A stretch of DNA of 64,000 bases from Octopus vulgaris (Eukaryota). Shown in pieces: positions 27,172-38,829 of the stretch. The position numbers were made by a program, and so were the translations under genes. Location: assembly GCA_951406725.2 (NCBI GenBank), contig OX597827.1:21824001-21888000 (forward strand). Reading direction: 5' to 3'. The notes beneath the pieces were generated by a model, which was not told the origin of the DNA, did no database searches, and worked only from the letters and a program-made list of their open reading frames with translations. The stretch's first letter is position 1; every line of letters begins with the position of its first letter.

Positions 27172-27726
27172 ATGGGTGTGAAAATGTAGAATATCCTGAG
27201 GTATCACTTCAACAGAATGTGTCTACAAATATTTCTCGAAGCAGCTTGCTTCAGAGAACAGACTCCAGAAAATTACCAGAAAATTTATCTTCCTCACAGA
27301 CATTCCTTTCAAGCAGCACAGATGTCTTCCAAATACCAATAGTTCCTTCTCAATTATCTGAATCAGAAACCTTTCATTTCAAAAGAAAGGTTCACCAAAA
27401 TTGCAAAGAACAGGCCAAGTCCCCTTTAAAAAATAATTTTACGGAATTCAAGTATACTTCTTTAGGTACACCCAAGAATTGTTCTTACCCGTCGAGGAAC
27501 AATACCATCAAAAGAGATGCAATGTATACCATTCGACCTCTTAATGCCCAAGGAACACATTTACAGTGGCCAACCTATTTTATTTCGGTGGAACCAAAAT
27601 TTGATGTTAAAAATTCTGAAGAATTTTTTGACCTCATAGCAACTTTCTTTAGCCTAAATTTATCTCCAGATGTTATATTAGACATTCTGTCTTACCGTTC
27701 CAAGATTGACTCTGTTGCAAAAGATT
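27172..27726 (+). CDS. MUN-domain gene large exon, phase 1-1 (or terminal exon reading to stop at 27767)
   Basis: ttttctttcag| acceptor; long open frame ending ILDILSYRSKIDSVAKD, similar to the UNC13 C-terminal helix (ILRILSQRSNDEVAKEF); candidate donor T|gtatgt at 27727. Confidence 0.85.
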
Positions 27727-29409
27727 GTATGTATATTCTAAACTCGTATTTTAAAACATCGAAATAATTTTAAAACTTTTAAAGAATTAAGTTGAACATT
27801 TTTAAAATTAAAACTTCTGGAATTTTAGCTGCATGGCATGGTGATGGATAATTGTTAATTAAGGTAATTAAATTTGTAACTTTACTCTCACACACACACA
27901 CACACACCTACACATTTACATTATTTATTTATATTGTTTTATATATAAAACAGAAGAAAGTCATGTAACTTAAAATTGGTGAGAAGATTGTTTCAAATTT
28001 TTTAATGATTACAAATTGTTGCTAATGAAATAATTCCTGCAAATGACTTAACGATGGCTTTGATTATTATGGTTGTAGCATGTGAGATCGTTCTCAAACA
28101 TTGTTTTACCCTGTTGTAATCATAAAAATTGAGAGTAGTTTAAGAATCCAAAATTTAGGGCTTGTTACAGTATTTTGATCAAATTCCATTTTCGAAGAGT
28201 GCAAGTTAGATGTCACTGTCACCATGACAACTCTAGAGGTCTGTGATAACATGTGTTCAAGAGAATAGTGAACAAACACCCAAATTTTTGTTATTTCCTT
28301 AAAATATTCTCTGATATCCTTTTAAGATTTATCTTCTATTTTTCACAAAATTGGTTCCACCACCCACCCACAAACTGTGGATCTTAGATCTGATTGTTGA
28401 GTCTCATGTATCTGTTATCTTTAAATATACTTCCAAGATGGGATCAAGGGAGGGGGTCACTAAATTACTATTTAATTTACTCTGTTGTTTCCACATGTTG
28501 TTGTTATTAACAGAAGAAGCTTTTACCATTTTATCAATGTTTAACAAGAACTTGATCATATTTAAAAGCTGTTCTGACTTCAGTCACCTTCGGTGAATGT
28601 AGCTTTGACCAGGAGGAATTGCTGTCCTAGAACCATTGAATGTCTTGACCCAGAACTGTAACACTTGCAAATTGGTAAGTTGCAAGTGGTGGCCAAATCA
28701 CTGCCAAATCACATCATCTCCTGGTTTTCAGCTTAAATCATTTCTCTTGCTCCATAACCATGTAGATGCTCTTTCTGCTACTTCTCCATTCTGCATACAG
28801 CCTCCTTCCACTCTCTCTCTCGCTTTTTCTTATTCTGCTGGCTGTAAGCATTCTCCATACTGTGCCATTTATTTCCAGTCTTCCATGGAAAAATGTCTGG
28901 TCGTGTGAAATTACCTTCTTAATGGGATGCTATTTTGTTTCATTCATATCATATATGACTGCTATTTCTGGCATGGTGGTGCCTGTTCGATATCCTTAAT
29001 TATAATTTTATATATATATATATATATATGGCTGGCGAACCAGATGGCTGCACCAGGCTCCAGTCTTGATCTGGCAGAGTTTCTACAGCTGGATGCCCTT
29101 CCTTATGCCAACCACTCTGAGAGTGTAGTGGGTGCTTTTACATTCCACTGGCACGGGGGCCAGTCAGGTGGTACTGGCAATGACCTCGCTCAAATCTTTT
29201 TACACATGCCAACGGCACAGTTGCCAGTAAGGCGATGCTGGTAACAATCACGCTCGAATGGTGCCTCCTACATGCCACCGGCACGAAAGCCAGTTGGCTG
29301 TTCTGGCAACGATCACGCTCGGATGGTTTCTTAGCACCCTATTAGCACGGGGCACAAGCGCCAGTATATATTATTCATATACATATATACATATACACAT
29401 ATATGTATG

Positions 29410-29449
<40 letters not shown>

Positions 29450-30177
29450 GTATTAGGGTTAATCAGTTGATCATGCATGCTTACATATGCATGCCCCCCC
29501 CCCCCCGCGCAAACACATACATAACAAAGGACTTTGCTTTTGAATTCTATATTTCAGAGGAATGCAAAGAGATTGTAAATGAATAAACTGTGTGATATGG
29601 AAGGAAACAAGGAATTAATTAAATTAATTGGGAAAGGATTCTGAACTACAGAGATAGCTGTCATGAAACTGACCCCTACTTAATTGTACCAGTGTAAATC
29701 CCTTAAAATTTGATCTATGTCTACTGGTAAATAGCTGTAATGAAACTTTTCAACCATTTCTCAACATAAATAAAATGTAATTTATTGGTCTGTTACAATG
29801 ATAATATATTTGTCTTGCTTCGTTAATTTAAGAACAAAAAAAACCCCACATATTTTGGTTTAAATTTACAAATTAATCCAAATTCAAAATCGATTTTGCT
29901 CATTGAGGATTGGGTGTGTTCTAATTTTGGAATTGTTAATCAAGCAGAAATTCACACGTCAACCTTTAGTCAACCAAACCTTGTTGCTTCTTTTGTGATA
30001 TTTTCTTTATAATCTTTGGATTTCTGTGCATTCACAAATATTATTTTATTTGGTTATTTAAAAGATTAATAAATGAGAATATATATTTTTAATACGGATC
30101 TTGTTTTTCTTTAATGATTTTGAAAGTAAACCACCAGAACTTGCTCATAATTCTATGATACAAACTTCCTGTTTTAA

Positions 30178-30397
30178 CCCTTTTGTTACCATATTTCTGT
30201 TGAGATGCTCTGTGTTTCTTTCAATTACTTTAAATATAACAAAAAATTTAGTAAAATAACTTAGTTATCATTCGGCTAGTGTTAGGAACATAAATTGTGA
30301 CTGAGGTTTGGTGGAAGATTTTAATTCAAAACTTATGTAAACAAGACATTTGTTCTCAGAGCCAGAGCCGGTTTCAGCCGGGTTAGTAATGAAAGGG
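30178..30397. mobile_element. piggyBac-type MITE (same family as 10037-10255)
   Basis: TTAA|CCCTTT ... AAAGGG|TTAA. Confidence 0.85.
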
Positions 30398-31302
30398 TTA
30401 AAGGGATTCAAATGAAAACCTTCCAACGATGTTTCCTGTTAATTTATATTCCAATCAATTACTTAATAGTGACAAAATCAGTTAAATAAATTCTTTGTTA
30501 TTTTCAATATTAATTGAAACAAGGTGACTGTATTTCAACAGAAAATATGGTAACAGCATCCTTTCTTGTACATGAAATACTGAAAAAATCCATTTTTTGA
30601 ATTTGGTCTTGAAATGTTATTTTTATATTGGATACATATTTGTGAGATTTCTGGTGTTTCTTGATCAAGACACTCCAGCCCTCTCTCTCCGATCTTTTCT
30701 TTCAGATATAGTCTATAGTTAGTCTACTACTACAATGTGTCCTTCTTTTGAACATGAGGGACAATTTGACTGCTATTAACTTGTATTGAGTGTCTACAGA
30801 GAATTCTAGATGGTTTGTCAAAGATTTTCGTTCACAGTTTTAATTTAATAAATGGAAACATTGAGCATGAAAGAAAGAGAGAGAGAAAGAGAGAGAGAGT
30901 TAAAAGACATGAGAGACTAATGGAGTACAACAGTTATATACAACATTATACAAGACAATTCAGAAACTCCTTTCATATTTAAAATGTTATATAATAGTTT
31001 TATTGTATATTTTACAACAGTTTTGTTTTGATAGATTTTTAATATAATCTTTGCTATTTTGCTGTGAATGTCATTTGGGAAGGAAGGAGAAAGGAAGGGA
31101 ATGTTTGCATGTAATGTGTGTGTGTGTGTGTGGATGGATGGATTTAATGTAAGTTGGTAGGTTTTATATATGTTAGAAAATGCCATCATCAAAAGATGTG
31201 AGGTGACAATATTAATTGTCCTAAAACAAATCAGACTCAATGAAATACTTCATGTTGAAATATCCTGGCTGGTCCAGGGAGATGGCGGCAAGAATGATTA
31301 CC

Positions 31303-31709
31303 AAGCATAGGAGTGGCTGTGTGGTAAGTAGCTTGCTTATGAACCACATGGTTCCGGGTTCAGTCCCACTGCGTGGCACCTTGGGCAAGGGTCTTCTACT
31401 ATAGCCACGGGCCGACCAAAGCCTTGTGAGTGGATTTGGTAGACGGAAACTGAAAGAAGCCCGTCGTATATATATATATATATGTGTATGTGTATATGTT
31501 TCTGTGTCTGTGTTTGTCCCCCCCAACTTCGCTTGACAACCGATGCTGGTGTGTTTACATCCCTGTAACTTAGCGGTTTGACAAAAGGGACCGATAGAAT
31601 AAGTACTTGGCTTACAAAGAATAAGTTCTGGGGTCGATTTGCTCGACTAAAGGTAGTGCTCCAGCTTGGCCACAATCAAATGACTGAAACAAGTAAAAGA
31701 GTAAAAGAG
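31303..31709 (+). mobile_element. SINE family A, full length
   Basis: tRNA-like head GGAGTGGCTGTGTGGTAAG...GGGTTCAGTCCC; tail GTAAAAGAGTAAAAGAG. Confidence 0.9.
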
Positions 31710-32489
31710 ATACCAAGGAATATATATGATTTGCTCTACCTGCTAGAAATAGCAGCTAAATCCCTCCCCATCCCCTGGCCATCAGACCAGGCCAGCTTTC
31801 TTAAAGAAATGGATACATTGGATTAAGTAGAACTAAATATGCAAAAGGATTGCATAGCCTCTGTTCGAATGACTTTGGCCATTGCTGGATCAGGACTAAG
31901 CATCAACACCATTACCTTCCATCCACCACCGCAAACAAGGGACATAACCTTTGTATTCAAAGTGGTTTTAAGTATTCTAAGTTGTCTCCCCCGACAATAT
32001 GATGTAACGTTAAACATCTGAACTATATGACAACATAGATGTAGTTCGTAACTAAGATAAGACCTTGTCTATTCGAGGGAGCCCCTACGATATCTTCAGC
32101 TTTCTAGAAAAAGCAACCAAATCTCCTTTAAATCAGGGTTTCATTGTCCTTCTCGTTTAGTCCATGCACCGCCTAAAATATTAATGGAAGTCATTTTTTT
32201 TTTGCCCCTACCTTCATTATTACAGAAAAGATGTGATACAGTTAATACTTCCATATAATTCTTCTTTCCTTGCAATGATATTGATAGCTTTGAAAAAAAA
32301 TTAAACCATCTTAAATTTTATTAAATATGACAACTCGTTGGTGGTCTTCCCACCTTTTACATCCTGCTCCGCTCCAGGTATGTGTCTCAACAGCAGGTTT
32401 TGCATCAATGGCGTTTAATTCTTCATCATACCATCTTTGCTGAAAGTTTAATATATTTCGGACTGTATTCGCATGGGTTTGTCGCTTGA

Positions 32490-33273
32490 GGTTGTTTGTG
32501 CTGTTGTTGTTGTTGTTGTAGTTGGTCGGTGGAGATGACGGATCTTTTCGGTTTGAACGGCAGTTTTTTCTAGCGGTGTCATATGAAATTGTCACCCATA
32601 ATTATGACCCTAGTATCTATCTATTGCATTTCAATCTGTTTTAGGGTTAGGGTATCTTTTTTTCTTCACAAATGTAAATAAACCCAATCTGTTTTTTAAA
32701 CGAGGGACATATTCATACGGTACAGAATGTTTTTTACCTCAATAGACGTCAGTGATTGGTTGAAATTTCAGAAATTGAAGAAAAAAAACAATAAATATCT
32801 TACAAACTATAGAATTTTCTCAATAAAGCCAAGAGAAAAAGATGTTTTATAAACACATTCTACCAGTATACGAAGTTTAAAATGTTTTAGTTACCTAAAA
32901 ATTATGTTAAAAATTGCCGTTCAAACCGAAAAGATCCTATATTTCTTAGGCTGTGTGTAGCGGATTCTCAACGGAAGATTTTATTATTGCACATGAAGAC
33001 AAACTGCGTTGACATTTTACATCAGTAATAATTACAAACTGAGAAAGAGATTCTGGTTCAAGTTTACGCTAAGCTGTTGATACGCCAGCGTATGGCTTGC
33101 CCAACATAACTGGAAACAATTGCGCTATCTTCATAGCAACGGAAGTTCTTGTCATCTATATGCGCCATCTACTTTTGCGGCCATCCTGAGTCATCTGGCT
33201 GTGAAAATGTCCGTCGTCTGGTGTAGCAAGAATGGAGGCACACATAACTCAGCTGCCTCAGCGCTCTTCAATT
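32490..33273 (-). pseudogene. Decayed unit downstream of a heat-shock-type promoter; paralog of 63595-63900; product unknown
   Basis: Aligns by eye with 63595-63900 across the MITE insertion; substitutions skew to third codon positions in one minus frame; in-frame stops present. Confidence 0.45.
32540..32937. mobile_element. TTAGGG-containing MITE, copy 2
   Basis: Same TIRs and body as 21435-21851; no matching TSD. Confidence 0.9.
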
Positions 33274-33455
33274 GATTACCGCAAAAAGTTGCCTTTTATA
33301 GGGCACAAGAAGAAGATTCTAAAAGATTGAATCACGCGATGGCTTGATGCTTATTGGTTGTTCAATAGACCGATCACGTGAAGTTTTTGTGGTTTGCTCG
33401 TGATGTCTGACCGCTTATCCAGGGATTCGATTTCGAATCCCCGCTACAGATTCAC
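33270..33455 (-). promoter_or_regulatory. Pol II promoter: CCAAT, imperfect HSE, TATA, Inr-like
   Basis: Minus-strand CCAAT 33353-33357, HSE-like aGAAgaTTCtaAAAg 33311-33325, TATAAAA 33300-33294, TCAATT with +1 at about 33273; homologous to 62858-63057 and 63905-64000. Confidence 0.6.
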
Positions 33456-33791
33456 AAGTTTCCTTCCCATTTTCAGAATGTACGGCATGATATAAGAGAG
33501 ATTCGGCTGGCACAACTCATTGTTCGAACGCACATCTCGAGGTAACCTCTTCGTCTCATCAAATTTTCATAAATTCTATGAGGGCTCATCAAATTACTTT
33601 TTAAGGAACTCAAAGAGACACCCCCTCCTACCACACAGTGAAACGACCAACACTGATGGCTCCCCACCTGTTGTCACAGCATCCTTCTAGAAGAGAAGTT
33701 ACTCTGATATAAAACCTGCAGTTTCTCCTGATTACTAGTCAACTCGCTGCTTCGGCCTGTCACTAGGTACCAATCACGCAAACTCAGAGTG

Positions 33792-34022
33792 GCACTCGTG
33801 ATGTACAAACGTTTATCACTGGAATCCAATGGTCTACAGGTGTCTCTTTATGGATACCAAATTTATCATTCTATCTCCTGAAAGTTGTACAGCGATGGGA
33901 AAGGGTGTGCACTCGTGATGTACAAACGTTTATCACTGGAATCCAATGGTCTACAGGTGTCTCTTTATGGATACCAAATTTATCATTCTATCTCCTGAAA
34001 GTTGTACAGCGATGGGAAAGGG
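33792..34022. repeat. Tandem duplication, 117-bp period (two 114-bp copies)
   Basis: 33792-33905 is repeated, identically as read, at 33909-34022. Confidence 0.95.
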
Positions 34023-34292
34023 GTGAGGTGTGCAGACGTAACCTGTTGAAAGCGTACAGTTGCAAGTTCCGTGTGTCAAACCATGCAGATCTGCAACGGG
34101 GTTGAATAGTTAACTGGGAGGTTACGGACGGAAAGTCAGGCATGCTATTGACAACAAGGAAGAACAAGGAGACGGAAGTCATCTGTGAAGATGGAGTAAT
34201 TTTTAAGAGGTTTTGGGGATCTGACGATATGCTATAAACCTAGGTAAACCTGGACGAGAAACCTAGGTAATCCCATAAACCAGCATTCCCCA

Positions 34293-34357
<65 letters not shown>

Positions 34358-34360
<3 letters not shown>

Positions 34361-34534
34361 GGTCCCGGGTTGATCGGGGTTAACCACAGTAAATAAGGTA
34401 CTCAATACATAGCAGAGTAAATAATTTATTTTATAGAAGAGCTTCTACAGGACTAGAACTGTTCATTCAAAAGAAATCATCAGCTTCCTGATGATTTCTT
34501 TTGAATGAAACAGTTCTAGTCCTTAGAAGATAAA

Positions 34535-34540
<6 letters not shown>
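34358..34540. mobile_element. Penelope-like remnant with inverted pair of degenerate type I hammerhead motifs
   Basis: Hairpin arms 34442-34483 and 34488-34529 each contain CTGATGA...GAA(A)CAG; lies between two (TA)n tracts. Confidence 0.65.
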
Positions 34541-34583
<43 letters not shown>

Positions 34584-34695
34584 GAGAGAGAGAGAGAAAT
34601 AGATATAGATATAATTTCTGTCATGGTTTCTCTCGCTTATGTCTACTTATATCCCCTCGTGTGTGCGCGTGTGCCTGTATATACATATATATATA

Positions 34696-34759
<64 letters not shown>

Positions 34760-35049
34760 CATACATACATAAACACATACATACATACACACACACACAT
34801 ATACATATATACAGGAATATTGATGCAAACAGAATAAATAGAACTTAAACATCCAATAGAAATGACCCATTCATCTTCGTAAATTATTTGGTATAAATCA
34901 AATTGAGTATGCTTATGTCTTAGTATTTAAACTATTACAGTTATTTCGCAATTTATCCAGTACAACGCTTAAACAAGTAAATAATATTTTCATAAACAAT
35001 AAATCCACTTATTTCGGTTAGTAACTTATTCATGAATATACCAACACTA

Positions 35050-35505
35050 GCGCCGCTGAAGGCAATATTCTCTGGGAATGCACAAAACCTTTTTCATGGT
35101 TATTTACTTTGAATTATTATTATCTCATATCTGATTAGTCTGTTATTACATAACATGCTTTACGATTTTGGTATACATACCTTATTAGTATTTCCTCCTA
35201 AGTTCTATATATTCTGGGAACGTATTAAAGCCCTTTTAGGGGCTACTTTATTTGAATTCTTACTAACGGGTAGCTAATTTCATGTTATTACATAGCTGAC
35301 TTTACAATTTGGGTATTCATAACTTATTGGTAATTCTTAAAAACAAGATCCTGCGTAAGACAGTTCAGTATTCTCTGTAAATGCACAAAAATCGTTTTAA
35401 GGGCTACATACTTTGTATTGTTGTTATTGGATTAGCGAAAAAATTATGAGAACGGAACCAAGGGATAAGCCCCGCTTTCCCGGGAATTACCGGGTACGCC
35501 AGCTA

Positions 35506-35506
<1 letters not shown>
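35050..35506 (+). mobile_element. Probable Helitron 3' part with three diverged ~150-bp subrepeats
   Basis: Terminal CCCGG..CCGGG hairpin followed by CTAG|T; 5' end not located. Confidence 0.5.
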
Positions 35507-35580
<74 letters not shown>

Positions 35581-38245
35581 CACATATCATTATCATTGCT
35601 TTCATCACTTTGCTAAAATTTATTCAGTATCATACTTATATACCTTGGCGTACGATTATGTATGTTTGTACTCCTGCGCTCATAAATACATATAAGTATG
35701 TGCACAGGCATGATCACATTCACACCACCGTCTACAATGGCCATTTGCCTAGTTTCCTGTTGATATTGAGAAATAATTGTCGAGTGTCAAATCGTTTTTT
35801 GTTTTTTTTTCCGATGTAAAAGATCAACTTCAGATTTGGACACACAAGTATAAGAGCGTCCCCTTTTATTGTAACCTGCAATTTCCAATTGATAAATGAA
35901 TTCCATCAGACATTTGCCTCGGAAGCAAAAATCATAAGTCTCTAGCATTCATCGGCGCTTTAAAGATTGAGCCTTTCCGATACTTTTTTTTAATCTCTTT
36001 TGAAGACAAAGAAATTTTAGTAATGAGACCTTCAATAGTCAGATCGACGCTTGTCTGTTCCGTGCACAAGCTTCATCCCAACTTATCAGCATAACACAGC
36101 AGCAATTACCAACGGAATATCCATGTTAACTCGGAAATTTGTTTGGTGCAAGTTCTTCAACAAGCTAATATCGCAGTAATCACCAGAGACTTTCTTTCAT
36201 AGAAAAAGCGTGTGATCGAATTCACACGGAGCAAGGAATGTTTTCTAGATGAGAATACGAGGCTATATCTTCAACTGAAACTGTGTCAGTTTGGCAATTT
36301 GGATATTTGGGACGAGTGTATGCGTAGTTAGTAGCATGATTCAGTTTAATATGATGGAGCTTTGTCTTAAATTACGCTTGGTAATGAGCAGTCGGAGCAA
36401 ACCTTTTGCAGGTTTAAACAGACATCCAGGTGAAAACTGTTCCGTTGACGAGCAACACAAGTAGTTAAATAATCTTTCATGGGCCATCAAGTTTGTTACA
36501 TTGCGCGAGACAGAGGAAATTGCAGGAAACTATTCCCTTATGTCGTCATTCCATCATTTCCTGTCAACTTTCTTAAAGCAATGGCAACTATTATTATTCT
36601 GCATAAAGTTGCACTTTTATGTTCGACCTGATTGTTCCCTGTAGGATGGTACGGAGTTGGTTTTAATTGGAATAATATTGTGAACATCGCCATTTTGATT
36701 CTCACTGATTCACGTGTGCGACAGACGGAAACACGCAGCTGCAAATAATTTTTGTGCTGATTTCTATGAACAAAAGCCTTCCCTCGTGTTCAGAATAATT
36801 GATCCGGAGGTTGCTTTAACCGAAGAGACACAATAATGTCGAAATAGCTATGTTTCAAAGCCCCCCCCCACACACACACATCGATGAATCGAGTATGTTG
36901 TCAACACACATCGACTAAATGCAGAAGTACTCTGAAGGCGAAATACGTTAGCATATTCCCGTTCAAATCTACCAGAATATATTAAGGATGAGTAATGCAC
37001 ATCGGCGTATACTATTGTTTCTCTCCAAAAATGTACAAAGATCTGGAGAAAAAAATTTGGACCCTCAGTCTAAGCAGACTGAAGCTGGAGAACAAAATAT
37101 AAAGAACATCTTTTGAAGACGGCGAATGACAGTTGGAACTGCAATACCTATAAGCACAAATTGCAAAAGGCAACCGTGAATATTGGCCTAGAACCACAAA
37201 CAAGTAACGGTAAGAATTAGACTATAGTAGAGGGTCTTTGAAGTTTCGATTCAAAACATGTGATGCCTTAATCAGTAAAACTTTTAACATTTTCCACAGA
37301 AAATGGCATATTGTCCAGAATGACAGAAAAGCTTGTGTAATGTGATTCTAAGAGAAGGGATATTGTAGAGAAACATTTAATAAGAACATCGGAAACTGAA
37401 TAATGTTAATTTTTGCTGATATAATTGTCGGCTGATATTAGTGGTAACTGGTCAGTAGCCTTCGTTTTTGCTCTGCTGCTGGGGCTGAATGTGAATTAAA
37501 TTGTTTGTTACACATTGAAGTTAAATAAAATAACTTTGAAGTAAAAAAAAAAACAAAGCAAAAAAACAATTTACCATTCGTCAATACTTTCTGTTATGGC
37601 CATATCCTCGTTTGGGAAGCAGTTTTGGAGAAAAAAGTGACAGGTTTATTTCACTGTGAAAGAATACCTGAAACAATTGCTCCAGAAGCATCAGTCTTGA
37701 CATGCAGTGGAACTTCAGGTAAGATAGTCGAAGGACAGACGAAATTTAAACACATGAATATCAAGGATACTGGTGTATGTTTTCTAACACCAGAAAAGAA
37801 GGCTCGAGAGGGGTTGAATTAACGCCGAGAATGAATACATCCATTTCGGAAATTATCTGAAGAAACTTTACTACAGTTGAGGGTATTTAACAATGTTAGG
37901 TGTCCGGAAACCACTGTTATCTTTCAATCTTTCCGGATCAAATTGCAGAGAATTTGTTTCCGTTTTGTGTCCATGGTCATAAATGGATGTTTGGTAGAGA
38001 TGTTTGTCGTGGTTCAATGTTAAGTTGAGTCTCTTTGTAACGGAAATAAACAGAGACAAGTTCTCATCGTGGTGACTCTCAGAGAGATGCGAGAATTCTT
38101 TTGATCTGATTGTCGTCCTCATCACTCATTGAAGAGCATTCAGGGAATTAATGACACCAAAGGGTCACCCTATCAACTCGAATAAATATCCACCCGCGTA
38201 AAATACAATGTGTACCTCCAATCGTCAATAATAAGTTCATAGGTC

Positions 38246-38625
38246 AAAGGTGGCAAAATGGCAGAATCGTTAGCACGTCGGGCGAAATGTTTAGCGGTAT
38301 TTCGTCTGCCACTAAATTCTGAGCTCAAATTCCGCCTAGGTCGACTTTGCCTGCACTGGGATCGATATAATCGACTTAATCCGTTTGTCAGTCCTTGTTT
38401 GTCCTCTCTGTGTTTAGCCCCTTGTGGGTAGTAAAGAAATAGGTATTTCGTCTGACACTACATTCTGAGTTCAAATTCCGCCGAGGTCGACTTTGCCTTT
38501 CATCCTTTCGGTGTTAATTAAATAAGTACTAGTTACGCACTGGGGCCGATGTAATCGACTTAATCCGTTTGTCTGTCTGTCCTTGTCTGCCCCCTCTATG
38601 TTTAGCCCATTGTGGGCAATAAAGA
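38246..38625 (+). mobile_element. SINE family B (Meta/MESC-core-like), dimeric
   Basis: Core GTCGACTTTGCCTTTCATCCTTTCGG; 16-bp TSD AATAAGTTCATAGGTC (38230-38245, 38626-38641). Confidence 0.9.
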
Positions 38626-38768
38626 AATAAGTTCATAGGTCTTCCCCCATCTTCCGCCTCTTTAATGCCATTGTCGAGAAAGTAACTGTGGATCTCTTGA
38701 ACGTTGCTCCGTTTGTAAACATTTCCAGGACAAGATTTATAAAGTAGAAGCGTGTACACACACGCATA

Positions 38769-38829
<61 letters not shown>

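Noticed and set aside
31823-32017. Minus-strand ORF containing TCCTGAT, a possible antizyme frameshift site
   Set aside because: No antizyme ORF1/ORF2 similarity and no supporting context.
32311-32595. 94-aa minus-strand ORF as an independent gene
   Set aside because: It starts inside the MITE TIR and runs through an (AAC)n tract; no recognisable domain.
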